Positions 42,750 to 43,309 of a DNA stretch of 43,309 bases are shown here, one piece after another; position 1 is the stretch's first letter, and each line of letters starts with the position of its first letter. Under the pieces are notes generated by a model. That model ran no database searches, was not told where the DNA came from, and was given only the letters and a program-made list of their open reading frames with translations. The stretch is from a virus. Location: IMG/VR virus record IMGVR_UViG_3300027852_000073, one strand, 5' to 3'. The translations under genes were made by a program, and so were the position numbers.

Positions 42750-42929
42750 CAAAAAAAGAGCTGGGTTAACAAATAAGTCTGGATTGGTTAGTATTATTTA
42801 TTTATCATTTATTTATGCACAATTTGAGTTTTATAAATAGCTGGAAGTATTGGCAAGAGTATTGAGGGACATAATGATAAAGAAGTATTTTCTAATAGTC
42901 AAGATAAAAACAATGCCAAAGAAGTTGAT

Positions 42930-43205
42930 TTATTTTGTTAAAAAAATAAATAAATCATATTTACTTAAATCATCTAAATAAATATAATCTTCACCACATT
43001 CGCATTTATTACATCTATACTCATTTAAAAGATTAAAAGTACTGAATCTACAATTTTCTATATTTACAGCATCAGTACAATTTATACAAGTTATACAAAA
43101 TTCATTAGGTTCACCAAATTTATCTTGAAAAATTTCTATATCAGTATCTTCATTTGTTACAAAAACAGCTTTACAATTTGGACAAAACATTATAACATCT
43201 TCCAT
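42930..43205 (-). CDS. First early gene: Cys-rich multi-CxxC zinc-ribbon protein (91 aa)
   Basis: ATG at 43205 with a GGAGG RBS. Contains CPNC, CITCINC and CNKCEC. Confidence 0.75.
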   Translation of the reverse strand: MEDVIMFCPNCKAVFVTNEDTDIEIFQDKFGEPNEFCITCINCTDAVNIENCRFSTFNLLNEYRCNKCECGEDYIYLDDLSKYDLFIFLTK

Positions 43206-43309
43206 AATTTTACCTCCAGTGTTAATTGTTAATTTATCTACTTTCATATAAATATATTATATTAAATTCTTAACCAAAAGTAAATATATAATGCCAAAAG
43301 AAAACAAAA
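43183..43309. repeat. Terminal direct repeat, copy 2 (identical to 1..127)
   Basis: Exact 127-bp identity with the start of the window. Confidence 0.95.
43256..43284 (-). promoter_or_regulatory. Early promoter, family member A (TTTACT-N17-TATAAT); a duplicate copy lies at 74..102
   Basis: Minus strand: TTTACTTTTGG...TATAAT, about 50 nt upstream of the first early gene. Confidence 0.55.

Noticed and set aside
8663-43247. Longer N-terminal extensions given by the ORF track for several genes (starts at 1416, 8663, 10189, 30650, 33484, 35082, 36052, 39743, 42722, 43247)
   Set aside because: In each case an internal ATG, or a GTG, is preceded by a well-spaced AGGAG-type RBS. The extension would overlap the upstream gene or a promoter, or would begin at a non-ATG codon without an RBS.
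1-43309. tRNA genes, CRISPR arrays, integrase or attP, reverse transcriptase/DGR, and alternative genetic code
   Set aside because: I saw no T-loop-like GTTCRA motifs in the intergenic DNA and no repeat-spacer architecture. I saw no tyrosine or serine recombinase or RT motifs in any ORF. The standard code gives long, contiguous, SD-led ORFs throughout.

Overview
The window is a complete, circularly closed genome of a tailed phage. Its first 127 bases are repeated exactly as its last 127 bases, so the unique length is 43,182 bp. The genome is AT-rich and most genes have strong AGGAGG-type ribosome-binding sites.

There are two convergent gene arms. The plus strand (2130..26406) carries a morphogenesis and lysis arm that is clearly P22-like: terminase small subunit, PBSX-type terminase large subunit, P22-type portal, scaffold, P22-type coat, gp4-like adaptor, gp10-like tail hub, a needle-position protein with a Peptidase_S74 chaperone domain, two large ejection-protein candidates, a beta-helix tailspike, then an M15 endolysin and a holin. 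The minus strand (43205 down to 26412) carries an early and replication arm: AEP-primase/SF3-helicase fusion, DUF2800 nuclease, DUF2815 ssDNA-binding protein, family A DNA polymerase, VRR-NUC nuclease, ATP-dependent ligase, SNF2 helicase, a nucleotide-metabolism cluster (ThyX, dCMP deaminase, MazG-like, dGTP_diPhyd_N-like), and many small Cys-rich proteins. I recognised no integrase, tRNA, CRISPR array or reverse transcriptase.

The most unusual parts are:
- About 1.9 kb of almost ORF-free DNA (128..2129), plus 42723..42929, packed with oriented GCTGG motifs, palindromes, a 15-bp x14 iteron-like array and other direct repeats.
- Two paralogous winged-helix genes, each in its own promoter-terminator cassette.
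- In-frame tandem repeats in four proteins, including an early protein with 14 copies of an 11-residue repeat.
- A 953-aa ejection protein with polyvalent-protein architecture and a possible ADP-ribosyltransferase-like module.
- A family of four near-identical early promoters.

All homology calls come from motifs I recognise by eye. No database search was run.
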